From: Truepera sp.
Lineage (GTDB): Bacteria > Deinococcota > Deinococci > Deinococcales > Trueperaceae
NCBI GenBank assembly: GCA_965218435.1
Contig: CBDCKW010000009.1
Location: forward strand, 3,712,001 to 3,776,000
DNA length: 64,000 nt
Direction of reading: 5' to 3'
Position 1 is the first letter of the stretch. Every line of letters begins with the position of its first letter. A program made the translations under genes and the position numbers. Below the pieces are notes generated by a model, which worked only from the letters and a program-made list of their open reading frames with translations, did not search any database and was not told the DNA's origin. Positions 28,923 to 38,626 of the stretch are shown one piece after another.

Positions 28923-29462
28923 TTAGTTACTGCCCGTACCTGCGTCTGGATGTGCGGCCTGAATCTCTTTAACGGCCTCTTCGGTAATATCCGGGATACT
29001 GCTCGCGCCGTAAACCACGAGTGATGAGGTGGCGGCAAGTTCGCGGTTTAAGACGAGCGTATAGCCGTTCGCCTCAGCAATTTTGGTGATAATGTCGTTG
29101 ATCTCTGCTTCGGCGGGTTTGGCCGCGTCTCGAATTTCCTGTTGATAACGCTGCTGCGTTTCCTGATAGGTGCGCTGTGACAGTTCTAAGGTATTTTGCT
29201 CTTCAGGCGTAAGCTGCTGGCCGCTGTTGCGCTTATCAATAAGTGGTTGTAAGCCTGTGGCAATTTGCTGCAACTCGGTACGTGCTTGTTGGGTCAAGGC
29301 TTCAGCGGCTTTACCAGCAGGGTGCGCGGCTAAAACTTTTGAGGTCTGGACAAACGCAATGCTAAGGGGCGCGGCGGCGGTACTGGTGTCTTGAGCACTG
29401 ACTACAGCTAAGGGAGACAAAAGGGTTAAAAGGGCAAAAACAGGAGTAAGAAAAGTGCGCAT
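28923..29462 (-). CDS. OmpH/Skp family periplasmic chaperone
   Basis: Signal peptide, IAFV..KVL, coiled coil, GYTLVL...DITEE. Confidence 0.88.
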   Translation of the reverse strand: MRTFLTPVFALLTLLSPLAVVSAQDTSTAAAPLSIAFVQTSKVLAAHPAGKAAEALTQQARTELQQIATGLQPLIDKRNSGQQLTPEEQNTLELSQRTYQETQQRYQQEIRDAAKPAEAEINDIITKIAEANGYTLVLNRELAATSSLVVYGASSIPDITEEAVKEIQAAHPDAGTGSN

Positions 29463-29577
29463 AAGGGCGAGTTTACCAAGGGTTCAATGAGATGTGTCTT
29501 AACCGAACTGCGGCCACTTCTGACCGATGCCCAAAATTACACGCCTCTGCAGAGCCGTAAAACTTAGACTGCAGCTT

Positions 29578-30708
29578 ATGTTGGTTGCGCTTACGCTTGC
29601 GCTCTTCGGGGCGCTGATCGGTTCGTTTGCAAATGTAGTTATCTACCGCCTGCCACGGGGCGAGTCTATCGTCTTTCCGGGGTCGCATTGCCCCAACTGT
29701 GGGCACGAATTAGGGGCGCTCGAGCTCGTTCCCGTGCTGTCATGGGCCGTTCTAGGTGCTCGCTGCCGCCGGTGTAAAAACGGCATCTCGGCGCGGTATC
29801 CACTTGTCGAAACGCTCTTCGCGCTCGGGTTTTTTACGCTGACGCTGCGCTATCCGCTCGAGACAGACGGCCCTAGTGTGTTTCCCCTGCTCGTTCTTTT
29901 TGCGCTGCTCGTCATCCTCGCCGCTATCGACCTCGACACGCAGCTTTTACCCGACGTGCTGACCTTTCCGGCCCTCGCAGCTGCCCTTTTCGGCACTATT
30001 TTTTACGTTCCGGAGAGCGGTTTGCCCAACTTTATGGACGCACTTTACGGCGCGTGTTTGGGCGCGGGCGTGTTGGCGCTGCTGAACCGCGTCGGCGCGC
30101 TCGTATTGCGGCGCTTTGGGGATACCGGCGAACGTCTCTGGCCGTTGGGGATGGATCAGGTCAACGTGGCGGCGCTTGTAGGGGTTGTCGGTTGGCCATT
30201 CGGCTTTTTGGGCGCAGCGGGGTCGCTGGCGCTCAACACCGTCACGCGCCGCACCCTGCGGCTACCGGAACCGCTCGTTTACGGGCTCTGGTTGGTGGCG
30301 CTTGTCGTGATGAGCGTACTTTTACCCAATCCGCTGACAGCGGTGTCCGGCTCGCTCGTCGCGGCGGGCGGGGCGGCGCTCGTCGGGGCATTCTACTGGT
30401 GGCTGCACGACCTGAAAAATCCTGAAGCGTCCGCAAATGATCTTGAAGACGAGGCCGACGAACCCGTTGCGATGGGCTTTGGGGACGTTAAACTGGCGGG
30501 CGTTCTAGGGGCGCTGTTGGGGGTGCAAAACCTGCTGGTGGCGCTGCTGCTAGCGTTTATCTTCGGTGCAGTGGGTGGACTGCTCGGTAAAGCTCTAGGG
30601 CGGGGGAGAGTCGTGCCGTTCGGCCCTTATCTAGTCTTAGGCGCGCTGGCCGCACTTTTTTACGGGACGCCGCTGGTGACGTGGTATCTGGGGTTGCTCA
30701 GCGTTTGA
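29578..30708 (+). CDS. pilD: Prepilin peptidase/N-methyltransferase
   Basis: GSFANVVIYRLP, CPNC and CRRC, IDLD, MGFGDVKL, VPFGPYL; ATG 7 nt after TAGACT. Confidence 0.93.
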   Translation: MLVALTLALFGALIGSFANVVIYRLPRGESIVFPGSHCPNCGHELGALELVPVLSWAVLGARCRRCKNGISARYPLVETLFALGFFTLTLRYPLETDGPSVFPLLVLFALLVILAAIDLDTQLLPDVLTFPALAAALFGTIFYVPESGLPNFMDALYGACLGAGVLALLNRVGALVLRRFGDTGERLWPLGMDQVNVAALVGVVGWPFGFLGAAGSLALNTVTRRTLRLPEPLVYGLWLVALVVMSVLLPNPLTAVSGSLVAAGGAALVGAFYWWLHDLKNPEASANDLEDEADEPVAMGFGDVKLAGVLGALLGVQNLLVALLLAFIFGAVGGLLGKALGRGRVVPFGPYLVLGALAALFYGTPLVTWYLGLLSV

Positions 30709-30713
30709 TAGAA

Positions 30714-30748
30714 CTGTTTCAAGTACACCGGCGGTGTACTTGAAACAG
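30714..30748. terminator. Perfect 16-bp-arm inverted repeat between convergent genes
   Basis: ctgtttcaagtacacc-ggc-ggtgtacttgaaacag. Confidence 0.7.
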
Positions 30749-30808
30749 ATAAAGAGGGGGCGGTGCAGCCTCCTCTTCGCTTGCCTTATTTCGGGTTTTT
30801 GAGCGCGG

Positions 30809-31678
30809 TTAGGTTTCGCTCTGACCGTGCGCAACCTGCGCGAGAGCCGTCGACCAGTCCAACTCGGCCCCGCCTGCTTCAGCCGCTTGTATCAGGTTAC
30901 TCCTGACCGCTTCGGCTAGCGGCAGCTTAACGCTAGTTTTCTGAGCAGCCTCAAGAAAGAGCCCATTATCTTTGAGCGGTAGCGTTAGACCTGATGGGGC
31001 AGCCGGTGCTTGTCCAGCAATCATCGGGCCGTACGAACGGTAGACGAACGACGCAAATAGCGTCTCGCCCATGACAGAAAAGAAACGTTCAACGTCTGCG
31101 CCTTGCGTTTGGAGCACGGCCGCAGCCTCAGCCATCGCCTCGAGCGCCCCGCTGATCATAAAGTTGGCGGCGAGCTTGGCGATCTGTGCTTGGACGGGAT
31201 TAGGGCCGATCAGCCAGGTTTTACCCAGGGCTGCAAAGGGCGCTTCGAGCAGCTCGAGGTTTGCCGCTTCACCCCCGACCAGCAAGTTTAGCCCCTTCTG
31301 CTCGATGGCTTCAGGGCGTCCCAGTATCGGCGCTGCAACGTAAGGCAGACCGATACTGGTATGAACGTCAAAAAGTTCGTGAGCTAGCGACATCGAGATC
31401 GTCGACATACAAACGTGTAGGCAGGTTTTATCGACCCGCTCGAGGGCACCTGAACCGAGTAAAACCGTCCGAATCGCCTCGTCGTCAAACAAAATCGACA
31501 GCGCGAGGTCGGTTTGGAAGGTATCTTCAACCCTTTCGGCGCGGCGTGCGCCCGCTTGCACAAGGGGGTCTACGGCTCCGCGAGAGCGGTTCCAGGCGGT
31601 AACTTCATATCCAGCGTTCAGCAAGTTGAGCGCCATCTGACGCCCCATTGCGCCGACGCCTATAATTCCAATATGCAC
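30809..31678 (-). CDS. NAD(P)-dependent beta-hydroxyacid dehydrogenase family oxidoreductase
   Basis: IGIIGVGAMG, WNRS, MSTI, APILG, KLAAN, LKD; GGAGG 7 nt before GTG 31678. Confidence 0.9.
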   Translation of the reverse strand: MHIGIIGVGAMGRQMALNLLNAGYEVTAWNRSRGAVDPLVQAGARRAERVEDTFQTDLALSILFDDEAIRTVLLGSGALERVDKTCLHVCMSTISMSLAHELFDVHTSIGLPYVAAPILGRPEAIEQKGLNLLVGGEAANLELLEAPFAALGKTWLIGPNPVQAQIAKLAANFMISGALEAMAEAAAVLQTQGADVERFFSVMGETLFASFVYRSYGPMIAGQAPAAPSGLTLPLKDNGLFLEAAQKTSVKLPLAEAVRSNLIQAAEAGGAELDWSTALAQVAHGQSET

Positions 31679-31723
31679 GGTCAAACCTCCAGATACGTTA
31701 AGTAATAGTCTTGGACCCAACAG

Positions 31724-31757
31724 TTAGGCTACAGCCTAAACTTAGGTTGTAGCCTAA
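31724..31757. promoter_or_regulatory. Tandem palindromic operator for the divergent TetR
   Basis: TTAGGCTacAGCCTAA (31724-31739) and TTAGGtTgtAGCCTAA (31742-31757). Confidence 0.75.
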
Positions 31758-31780
31758 CATATCTGAGGAGGCAACCATAG

Positions 31781-32383
31781 GTGACAAGCTACAAGGCACC
31801 AAAGCGACGACGGGAAATCCAACGTGAGCGGATGCGTACGCGGCTGCTCCAAGCTGCCTTAACGCTGTTTGCCGAATACGGTTATGAGGCTACGACCATC
31901 GACCAGATCGCCGAACGCGCCGACGTAGCGCGGCAAACTGTACTTAATCACTACCCCCTCAAACGGGACTTTTTGCGGGCTTGGGGGCAACAGCGCCGCG
32001 ACCGGCTCCTGACTTTGGCTGACCTGATAGAACCGGGTGAGTCGGCTCGTCAACAGTTACACCGGTATTACGCAGCCCTAGTGCAAATGAACGAACAGGA
32101 GCGCGAATTAACCCGTGTGTTATACTCGAGCCTGCGACACGACGAGCTTCTTGCCCACGAACGTCCCGTCCCCGAGGCGGTGCTGCGTGCCATCCGCGAC
32201 GGCCAAGAACACGGTGAGTTCAAACCCGAGGTAGATTTGTTTTTGGCTGCCGAGGTCTTGACTGCCGTCTATTTCGACACGCTTAGTCGGTGGCTGAGCG
32301 AGGCCGGACCGCCCTTCAGTCTAGCGAGTGTCTTAGCTGGCAAGCTCAATTTGGTGTTGGTCGGTCTCGAGTCCGTCGCTTGA
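31781..32383 (+). CDS. TetR/AcrR family regulator
   Basis: GYEATTIDQIAERADVARQTVLNHYPLK HTH; GAGGAGG RBS. Confidence 0.92.
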   Translation: MTSYKAPKRRREIQRERMRTRLLQAALTLFAEYGYEATTIDQIAERADVARQTVLNHYPLKRDFLRAWGQQRRDRLLTLADLIEPGESARQQLHRYYAALVQMNEQERELTRVLYSSLRHDELLAHERPVPEAVLRAIRDGQEHGEFKPEVDLFLAAEVLTAVYFDTLSRWLSEAGPPFSLASVLAGKLNLVLVGLESVA

Positions 32384-32608
32384 GCAGCAGAAACCGTCCG
32401 CTGAACCTATGGTTAGAAAATGGAGAATTGATGAGCCGCTACTTGATACAACACAAATTTTCTACCCTTTTATCAGGTTCCGTTAACTGTTGTGCAAGCT
32501 TTTAGGTGGCAAGCGACGCAGTTTACAGGTTTTGTTTCAGTTTTATTTTGCTGATCTTTGGTTTTGCAGCTGTACCCTACTTCGGGAGAGTTGCTTTAAC
32601 CAATCATT

Positions 32609-32622
32609 TGCATATATAGTCG
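32609..32622. promoter_or_regulatory. Possible single ARG box
   Basis: tgcatatatagtcg matches TGMATAWWWATKCA at 12/14 positions upstream of argF; no well-spaced second box. Confidence 0.3.
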
Positions 32623-32676
32623 CGTTTCCGGGCTTTTATGCCCCAACGCTAGAATAGCTGTGTCTCGAGGTCAACC

Positions 32677-33633
32677 ATGTCCGTTTTGCCTAAAACACCT
32701 GTCATCGTCGAAAGTTTAAGAGGCCGCGACCTGCTCTCGCTGGCCGACCTGACACCGGAAGAGTTCAGCGGTCTGCTAGAGAGCGCACTAACGCTCAAAC
32801 AGGCTTGGAAACGCGGCGACCGGCCTAAGCTTTTAGAGCACAAAACGCTGGCGATGATCTTTGAGAAACAGTCTTTGCGGACGCGTTCAACTTTTGATAT
32901 TGCCATGTATCAGCTCGGCGGGCACTCGGTCTTGCTGTCACAAAACTATATCGGTTGGGGCGTACGCGAAACGATTCGGGACGTGGCGCATAACCTCGAG
33001 CGTTGGACCGAAGCGATTATGGCCCGCACCTACGGGCACGGGACGCTCTTAGAACTTGTTAAGCACGCCGATATTCCGGTCATCAACGGGCTTTCCGACC
33101 TCTTGCATCCGTGTCAGCTCACGGCGGACTACCTCACCTTAAAAGAGGTCTTCGGCGAACTGATGGGGCTCAAAGTGACGTTTGTGGGCGACGGCAACAA
33201 CGTCTGCAACTCGCATATCAACGCAGCGGCGCTGACCGGCGTCAGTTTAACGGTGGCCTGTCCGGAAGGGTTTGGGCCGGACGCGAAGATATTAGCAGCG
33301 GCCCGTAGTCAAGGCGCTGACGTTGCCATCGTTCACGACCCGCGTGAAGCGGTCACAGGCGCGGATGTGCTCTATACCGACGTGTGGATTTCGATGGGGC
33401 AAGAAGAAGATACCGAGCGCCGCCGTGAAGCGTTCGCGGATTACACCGTGACCTTAGACTGGCTGGATACGCTCTCAGACCGCGGCATTTTCATGCACGA
33501 CCTGCCCGCCCACTACGGCGAAGAGGTGACCGAAGAGGTCGTCTACAGCCCCCGCAGCCGCGTTTTCGACCAAGCCGAAAACCGTCTGCACGCGCACAAA
33601 GCGATCTTGTTTCAACTTCTGCGTGATGAATGA
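32677..33633 (+). CDS. argF: Ornithine carbamoyltransferase
   Basis: FEKQSLRTR, HPCQ, GDGNN, DVWISMG, MHDLP, QAENRLH; adjacent to argC and argJ. Confidence 0.93.
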   Translation: MSVLPKTPVIVESLRGRDLLSLADLTPEEFSGLLESALTLKQAWKRGDRPKLLEHKTLAMIFEKQSLRTRSTFDIAMYQLGGHSVLLSQNYIGWGVRETIRDVAHNLERWTEAIMARTYGHGTLLELVKHADIPVINGLSDLLHPCQLTADYLTLKEVFGELMGLKVTFVGDGNNVCNSHINAAALTGVSLTVACPEGFGPDAKILAAARSQGADVAIVHDPREAVTGADVLYTDVWISMGQEEDTERRREAFADYTVTLDWLDTLSDRGIFMHDLPAHYGEEVTEEVVYSPRSRVFDQAENRLHAHKAILFQLLRDE

Positions 33634-34691
33634 AGCTTAAAGTCGGGATTCTCGGAGCGAGCGGTTACGGGGGTGCGGAACTCCTGCGCCGGTTGCTGAC
33701 GCACCCTCACGTCACGGTGTCGGGCGTCGCCAGTCGGCAGTTTTTAGGGCAGCGTGTCGGTGCATGTTGGCCGCAGCTGATAGGCAATAGTGAATTGATG
33801 TTTGAAGATACCGAGACTGTCATCGCTGGGTGTGACGTTCTCTTTTGTGCCACGCCGCACGCCGAAACCGCGCCACTCGTCAAGCGTGCGTTAGACGCCG
33901 ATAAACGTGTAGTTGACCTGTCGGCGGACTTTCGGCTCTCACCTGAAGATTATGCGGCGTGGTACGGGCCGCATCCGCACCCGGAGCTGTGCGAACGGGC
34001 TGTTTACGGCCTCGTCGAACTGCACCGCGATGAACTTAGAGGTGCCGAGCTGATCGCGGTGCCGGGGTGTAACTCCACCACGGCGAACCTGGCGCTTGTG
34101 CCGCTCGCGGCAAATGGGCTTTTAGGCCACGACATCATCATCAATGTGTTAGCTGGCGTATCGGGCGCGGGCCGGAGTACATCTTTAGAGTTTCACTACC
34201 CGGAGATGAACGAGAACGCCAAACCGTACAAAGTCGCCGGGACGCACCGCCACCTTGCAGAAATCGAAGCGACGCTCGGGCGCGTGCAAACCTACGGCAA
34301 AAAGGTTAAGACGCACGGCGACTTCGCTAAACCCACCGTAAGTTTTACGCCGCACCTTGTTCCGATGACGCGGGGGATTTTAGCGACCTGTATCACGCGG
34401 CCGGAAAAATCAGGGCTCAGTAGCGAGCGGTTGCTCGAGCTCTACCATAATTTCTACAACGGTGAAAAACTCGTGACTGTCCAAACCGACCTTCCCCAAA
34501 CCAAAGCTGTGTACGGCAGTGATCAAACCCTCGTTTCAGTACGGGCCGATGAGCGCACAGGGATGATCTCAGCGTTTGCTACACTTGACAACCTTGGCAA
34601 AGGCGCAGCGGGGCAGGCGGTGCAAGCCTTTAACGTAGCGAACGGCTTCGAGGAGACGACCGGACTTTTTACGCAGGGGGTATGGCCGTGA
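33630..34691 (+). CDS. argC: N-acetyl-gamma-glutamyl-phosphate reductase
   Basis: GASGYGG, DLSADFR, PGC, GVSGAG, HRH, DNLGKGAAGQA. Confidence 0.96.
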   Translation: MKLKVGILGASGYGGAELLRRLLTHPHVTVSGVASRQFLGQRVGACWPQLIGNSELMFEDTETVIAGCDVLFCATPHAETAPLVKRALDADKRVVDLSADFRLSPEDYAAWYGPHPHPELCERAVYGLVELHRDELRGAELIAVPGCNSTTANLALVPLAANGLLGHDIIINVLAGVSGAGRSTSLEFHYPEMNENAKPYKVAGTHRHLAEIEATLGRVQTYGKKVKTHGDFAKPTVSFTPHLVPMTRGILATCITRPEKSGLSSERLLELYHNFYNGEKLVTVQTDLPQTKAVYGSDQTLVSVRADERTGMISAFATLDNLGKGAAGQAVQAFNVANGFEETTGLFTQGVWP

Positions 34692-35845
34692 GCCCTACCT
34701 TAACCTTGCCCCAAGGATTCTTAGCTGCTGCCGGAACCGCCGGGATCAAAGCCTCGAGCAAACCCGACTGTGCCCTCATCGTGTCTGATGCGCCGCTCCG
34801 TTGGGCACTCGCGGCAACGACAAATACCCTTAAAGCAGTGTGTGTCACGCGTAACCGAGAGCTTTACCGTGGTGATAAACCTATCCGGGCGGTTGTCATC
34901 AACAGTGGGAACGCCAACTGTGCCACTGGGACGGAGGGCGAGCGAAATAACGAACGGTTTGCTATTGCCGCTGCTACTGCCCTAAACGTCTTAGCTGACG
35001 AAGTGTTGACGGCGAGCACCGGCGTCATAGGAGAGCCTTTGCCGGTGGAGAAGCTCGAGCTTGCCCTCCCTAAAATCTCTTCACAGCTCGAGAACGGCGT
35101 AGAGACCCTAGCCCAAGCCATCTTGACGACCGACCTGGTACAAAAGACCGCTGCAGTCACCCTTCCCGGCGGTGCCCGCATCGTCGGTGTGGCTAAAGGC
35201 TCGGGGATGATTCATCCGAATATGGCGACGATGTTCGGCTTTGTTTTGACTGACGCCGACCTGCCGCAAAAGGCATTACGCACGCTCTGGCCGGAAGTTG
35301 TCGCCCGAAGTTTTAATCAGGTCACGGTAGACGGCGACACCTCACCGAACGACATGGCGTTTTTGCTCGCCACCCCGCACGTCAACGTTGACGAAGCCGA
35401 GTTTGCTGAGGGGTTGCTCGAAATTACACAAAGCCTCGCCAAACAGATTGCCGGAGACGGCGAAGGGGCGACGAAACTTCTCACTGTTGAGGTCACTGGT
35501 GCAGAGAGTGACGCCGAAGCGCGGCGGGCAGCGCGGGCCGTCGTCCTCAGTCCACTTGTTAAATCAGCGGCGCACGGCAACGACCCGAATTGGGGCCGTA
35601 TTTTGAGCAGTGTCGGGGCGACGGGGGTAGAGATGGCGTTGTCCAGCTTAAGTATTGAGCTTCAAGGCACGCTGGTCTATAAGGGAACGCCACAACCGTT
35701 TGACGCAGCTGAAGTTTCTAGGACGATGGACGCGCCCGAACTGCTCATCCGGGTAAATTTAGGCGTTGGCACTGGTACGGGCACCGCCTGGGGGTGCGAT
35801 TTGACCGCTGATTACGTTCGTATCAATGCGGATTATCACACCTAA
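34688..35845 (+). CDS. argJ: Ornithine acetyltransferase/N-acetylglutamate synthase
   Basis: NSGNANC, STGVIG, TTD, KGSGMIHPNMATM, DGDTS, DGEGATK, DPNWGR, YVRINADY. Confidence 0.97.
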   Translation: MSPTLTLPQGFLAAAGTAGIKASSKPDCALIVSDAPLRWALAATTNTLKAVCVTRNRELYRGDKPIRAVVINSGNANCATGTEGERNNERFAIAAATALNVLADEVLTASTGVIGEPLPVEKLELALPKISSQLENGVETLAQAILTTDLVQKTAAVTLPGGARIVGVAKGSGMIHPNMATMFGFVLTDADLPQKALRTLWPEVVARSFNQVTVDGDTSPNDMAFLLATPHVNVDEAEFAEGLLEITQSLAKQIAGDGEGATKLLTVEVTGAESDAEARRAARAVVLSPLVKSAAHGNDPNWGRILSSVGATGVEMALSSLSIELQGTLVYKGTPQPFDAAEVSRTMDAPELLIRVNLGVGTGTGTAWGCDLTADYVRINADYHT

Positions 35846-35961
35846 AAATAAGTGTTTAGCGTCTTTGCCTAGAGGAGCAGATCGGGGCTCGAGGTTTGCA
35901 GATAGCGGCGTCCGTAAAACTTTAGACACAACCTTGCCTCGAGAAGCTGTTTACTAGAGGT

Positions 35962-36705
35962 ATGAAACGACTCGTCAGTGTGCTGCTCGTCAGTTTGCTT
36001 AGCTTCAGCTTTGCTTATACCCCAAGCACCTACAGCAGTCTGCTGGGGAAATATGTCGTTGACAGTGGCTTTGTAAATTACGACGCTTGGAAGGCCAATC
36101 CGGATGACGTGGCCAAGTTACAGGGGTTCGCTGCTGAAATGGCCGACTATGACCCCAGCGGCTTAGAACGTGAGGCAGAACTCGCTTTTTGGATCAACGC
36201 GTATAACGCACTCACCTTAAACGAGGTCTTAAAGCGTTATCCGTTAGAGACCGTCCGGCCCAGCTTTTTAGGTCTGCCCATCACCACTTTTTTTACTAAG
36301 GAGTCGCACACTGTAGGTGGTAAAACCTACAGTTTAGACGACATCGAAAATAACGTGTTGCGCAAGCTGGGCGAGCCCCGGATTCACTTTGCGATCAACT
36401 GCGCGTCGCAGAGCTGCCCGGTGCTGCGTCCCGAAGCCTACCGTGCCGGGGTCCTGAGCCAGCAGTTAGACGAGCAGGCCGTTACGTTTGTCAATGACCC
36501 CGCGCGTAACCGCTTCGACGCTGCAACGGATCAAGCGAGTCTGAGCAAAATTTTTGACTGGTTTAAGGGAGACTTCGACGCGGTTGGCGGCGTACCCAGC
36601 TTCCTGAGCCAATTCGCCACCGGCGACGCCAAAACGGTGCTGGAAAGTAGTGACCTGAAAATCAGCTATCTCCCCTACAATTGGGGGCTCAACCGGGCAC
36701 AATAA
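35962..36705 (+). CDS. Secreted DUF547-domain protein
   Basis: Signal peptide, LAFWINAYNALT, EPRIHFAINCASQSCP, LSKIFDWFKGDF, YNWGLN. Confidence 0.9.
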   Translation: MKRLVSVLLVSLLSFSFAYTPSTYSSLLGKYVVDSGFVNYDAWKANPDDVAKLQGFAAEMADYDPSGLEREAELAFWINAYNALTLNEVLKRYPLETVRPSFLGLPITTFFTKESHTVGGKTYSLDDIENNVLRKLGEPRIHFAINCASQSCPVLRPEAYRAGVLSQQLDEQAVTFVNDPARNRFDAATDQASLSKIFDWFKGDFDAVGGVPSFLSQFATGDAKTVLESSDLKISYLPYNWGLNRAQ

Positions 36706-36975
36706 CGCGTCTCTCTCACCTAGCAACGCCCCTATTACTTCTGCGCTAGGTCTGTAACGGTGAACTCGAGCTTAACCTCGCGTCGCATTGTACTTGCGTC
36801 TGTGACGGCTTATAAGGCTATAAAACTTATTCTAACAAAAGCCTAAGACGAAAGTAAAGCCGCTCCCACCTCTGCATCACGCTCTTTACACCGCACTGAG
36901 AACGCTGACTCACCCACGGGTTTTACGATTGCTTCTGTTGGGTGCAGAAAGCACTCCAAGGTGAGGAGCATAACG

Positions 36976-38325
36976 ATGAATATGAGAGCACGGTCAAAAG
37001 TACTGTTACCCTTATCGCTGACGGCGCTGTTAGCCGGGGGCGGTATGTTGTATTCGCAGTACGGAACCCCACTCGGAACCTACGCGCAGGCGCAGAGTGA
37101 GCACAGCGTTACGGCCATTCAACCGTTAGACCAAAAGCAGGCACTCTTACAAGACGAGACCAACACCATTGACATCGTTAAGACCTACGGGCCAAGTGTG
37201 GTGTCGGTGAACGTCAGTATTCCGGCGCAGCCTGCTTCCGGAATGCAGGGCGGACAAGGGCAGCTGCAAATACCGCCGCAGTTTCGGCAGTTTTTTCAGC
37301 AGTTTGGCGGGCAGTTCGGGCCTGGTTTCGGCGGACAGTTCGGCCAACCGGGGCAACCCGCTGAGCAGGGCGCAGGCAGCGGTTTTGTCGTAGACCAGCA
37401 GGGTCAGCTGATGACGAACTACCACGTGGTAAAAGACGCGCTTAAAGCGAATAGCACGGCGCTTAAACGGGGCGCGAAACTGACGGTCACGTTTACCGGG
37501 AGCAAGGCTGACTTGCCGGTGAAAGTCATCGGCGTCAATCCCTCTTATGACCTCGCGCTGTTAGAGCTGACGAACAAAAACGACCTGCCCAAAGGCGTTC
37601 AGCCTATCGGGATTGCGAACTCAAACAGCACCCAAGTTGGGCAAAAAGTGGTGGCCATCGGCAACCCGTTCGGCCTCGAGTCTACCGTCACGACCGGTAT
37701 TATTTCGGCTATCGGCCGCGATTTTACCTCGGTCGGGCAATTTAACTTTCCGGTGATCCAGACAGACGCCCCGATCAACCCCGGCAACTCGGGTGGCCCG
37801 CTGTTAGATTCGCAAGGTCAACTCGTCGGCATCAACGCGGCGATCTTGCCGGGAGTTGGGCCGGACGGTCAAGGGGCCTTTTTGGGGATCGGCTTCGCCA
37901 TTCCCAGCAACGTCGTGTCGCAAAACTTGGCGAGCCTTGAAAAAGGCGGCTTTACGGACGTTTACAGCAGCAAACCCCGAATGGGCGTGCAGGTGCAGGA
38001 CGTCTCGAGCTATCCTGACGGTCTGCGCAACTCGCTCGGTCTGCCGAATACAGGTGAACTCGTCATCTCGGTCGAACCGGGGAGCCCCGCTGCCAAAGCC
38101 GGTCTTAAAGGAAGCCAATTTACAGTCAACGTTGACGGTCAACAGCTGCCTGCGGGCGGTGATGTGATCGTCTCGGTTGACGGACAAAAACTCTCTGACA
38201 GCCAAAACCTGCAAAACGTCATCTTTGCTAAAAAAGCTGGCGATACGGTCAAACTCGGTATCGTCCGTGGGGGCAAAGACCAGACGCTGACAGTGAAGCT
38301 CGAGGTTGTGCCGCTTAAAAGCTAG
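36976..38325 (+). CDS. HtrA/DegP-like trypsin serine protease with PDZ domain
   Basis: GSGF, TNYHV, DLALL, IGNPFG, QTDAPINPGNSGGPL, PDZ. Confidence 0.95.
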   Translation: MNMRARSKVLLPLSLTALLAGGGMLYSQYGTPLGTYAQAQSEHSVTAIQPLDQKQALLQDETNTIDIVKTYGPSVVSVNVSIPAQPASGMQGGQGQLQIPPQFRQFFQQFGGQFGPGFGGQFGQPGQPAEQGAGSGFVVDQQGQLMTNYHVVKDALKANSTALKRGAKLTVTFTGSKADLPVKVIGVNPSYDLALLELTNKNDLPKGVQPIGIANSNSTQVGQKVVAIGNPFGLESTVTTGIISAIGRDFTSVGQFNFPVIQTDAPINPGNSGGPLLDSQGQLVGINAAILPGVGPDGQGAFLGIGFAIPSNVVSQNLASLEKGGFTDVYSSKPRMGVQVQDVSSYPDGLRNSLGLPNTGELVISVEPGSPAAKAGLKGSQFTVNVDGQQLPAGGDVIVSVDGQKLSDSQNLQNVIFAKKAGDTVKLGIVRGGKDQTLTVKLEVVPLKS

Positions 38326-38350
38326 CCGCATAAAGCAAAACGTCAGACAG

Positions 38351-38380
38351 AAAGCTGAGGCTTCGGCCTTAGCTTTTTTT
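38351..38380 (+). terminator. Intrinsic terminator of htrA
   Basis: aaagctgaggc-ttcg-gccttagcttttttt. Confidence 0.85.
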
Positions 38381-38626
38381 GTGATAACCTATCCCAAACA
38401 CCTGACCTGCTTTACTATGCCTGCAATGATCAAGGTACCTTGCATAAAGGTAATGATGCTCAGAACGGCCGCGCTGTTTATGCAGTGGTTGGGCCGGTTG
38501 AACGCGCAATGCAGACATCTCGAAGTTGCAAAAGGTACACTACCAACAGCCAACCATCGCAATGTTTTCAAAACACTTTTGCTGCTTGCAAACTTCTCGT
38601 TTCTAAAAGTAGTTTGATCCCCATAC

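Noticed and set aside
32409..32486. Arg-containing short ORF upstream of argF as a leader peptide
   Set aside because: Arg codons are scattered and no terminator/antiterminator pair lies between it and argF
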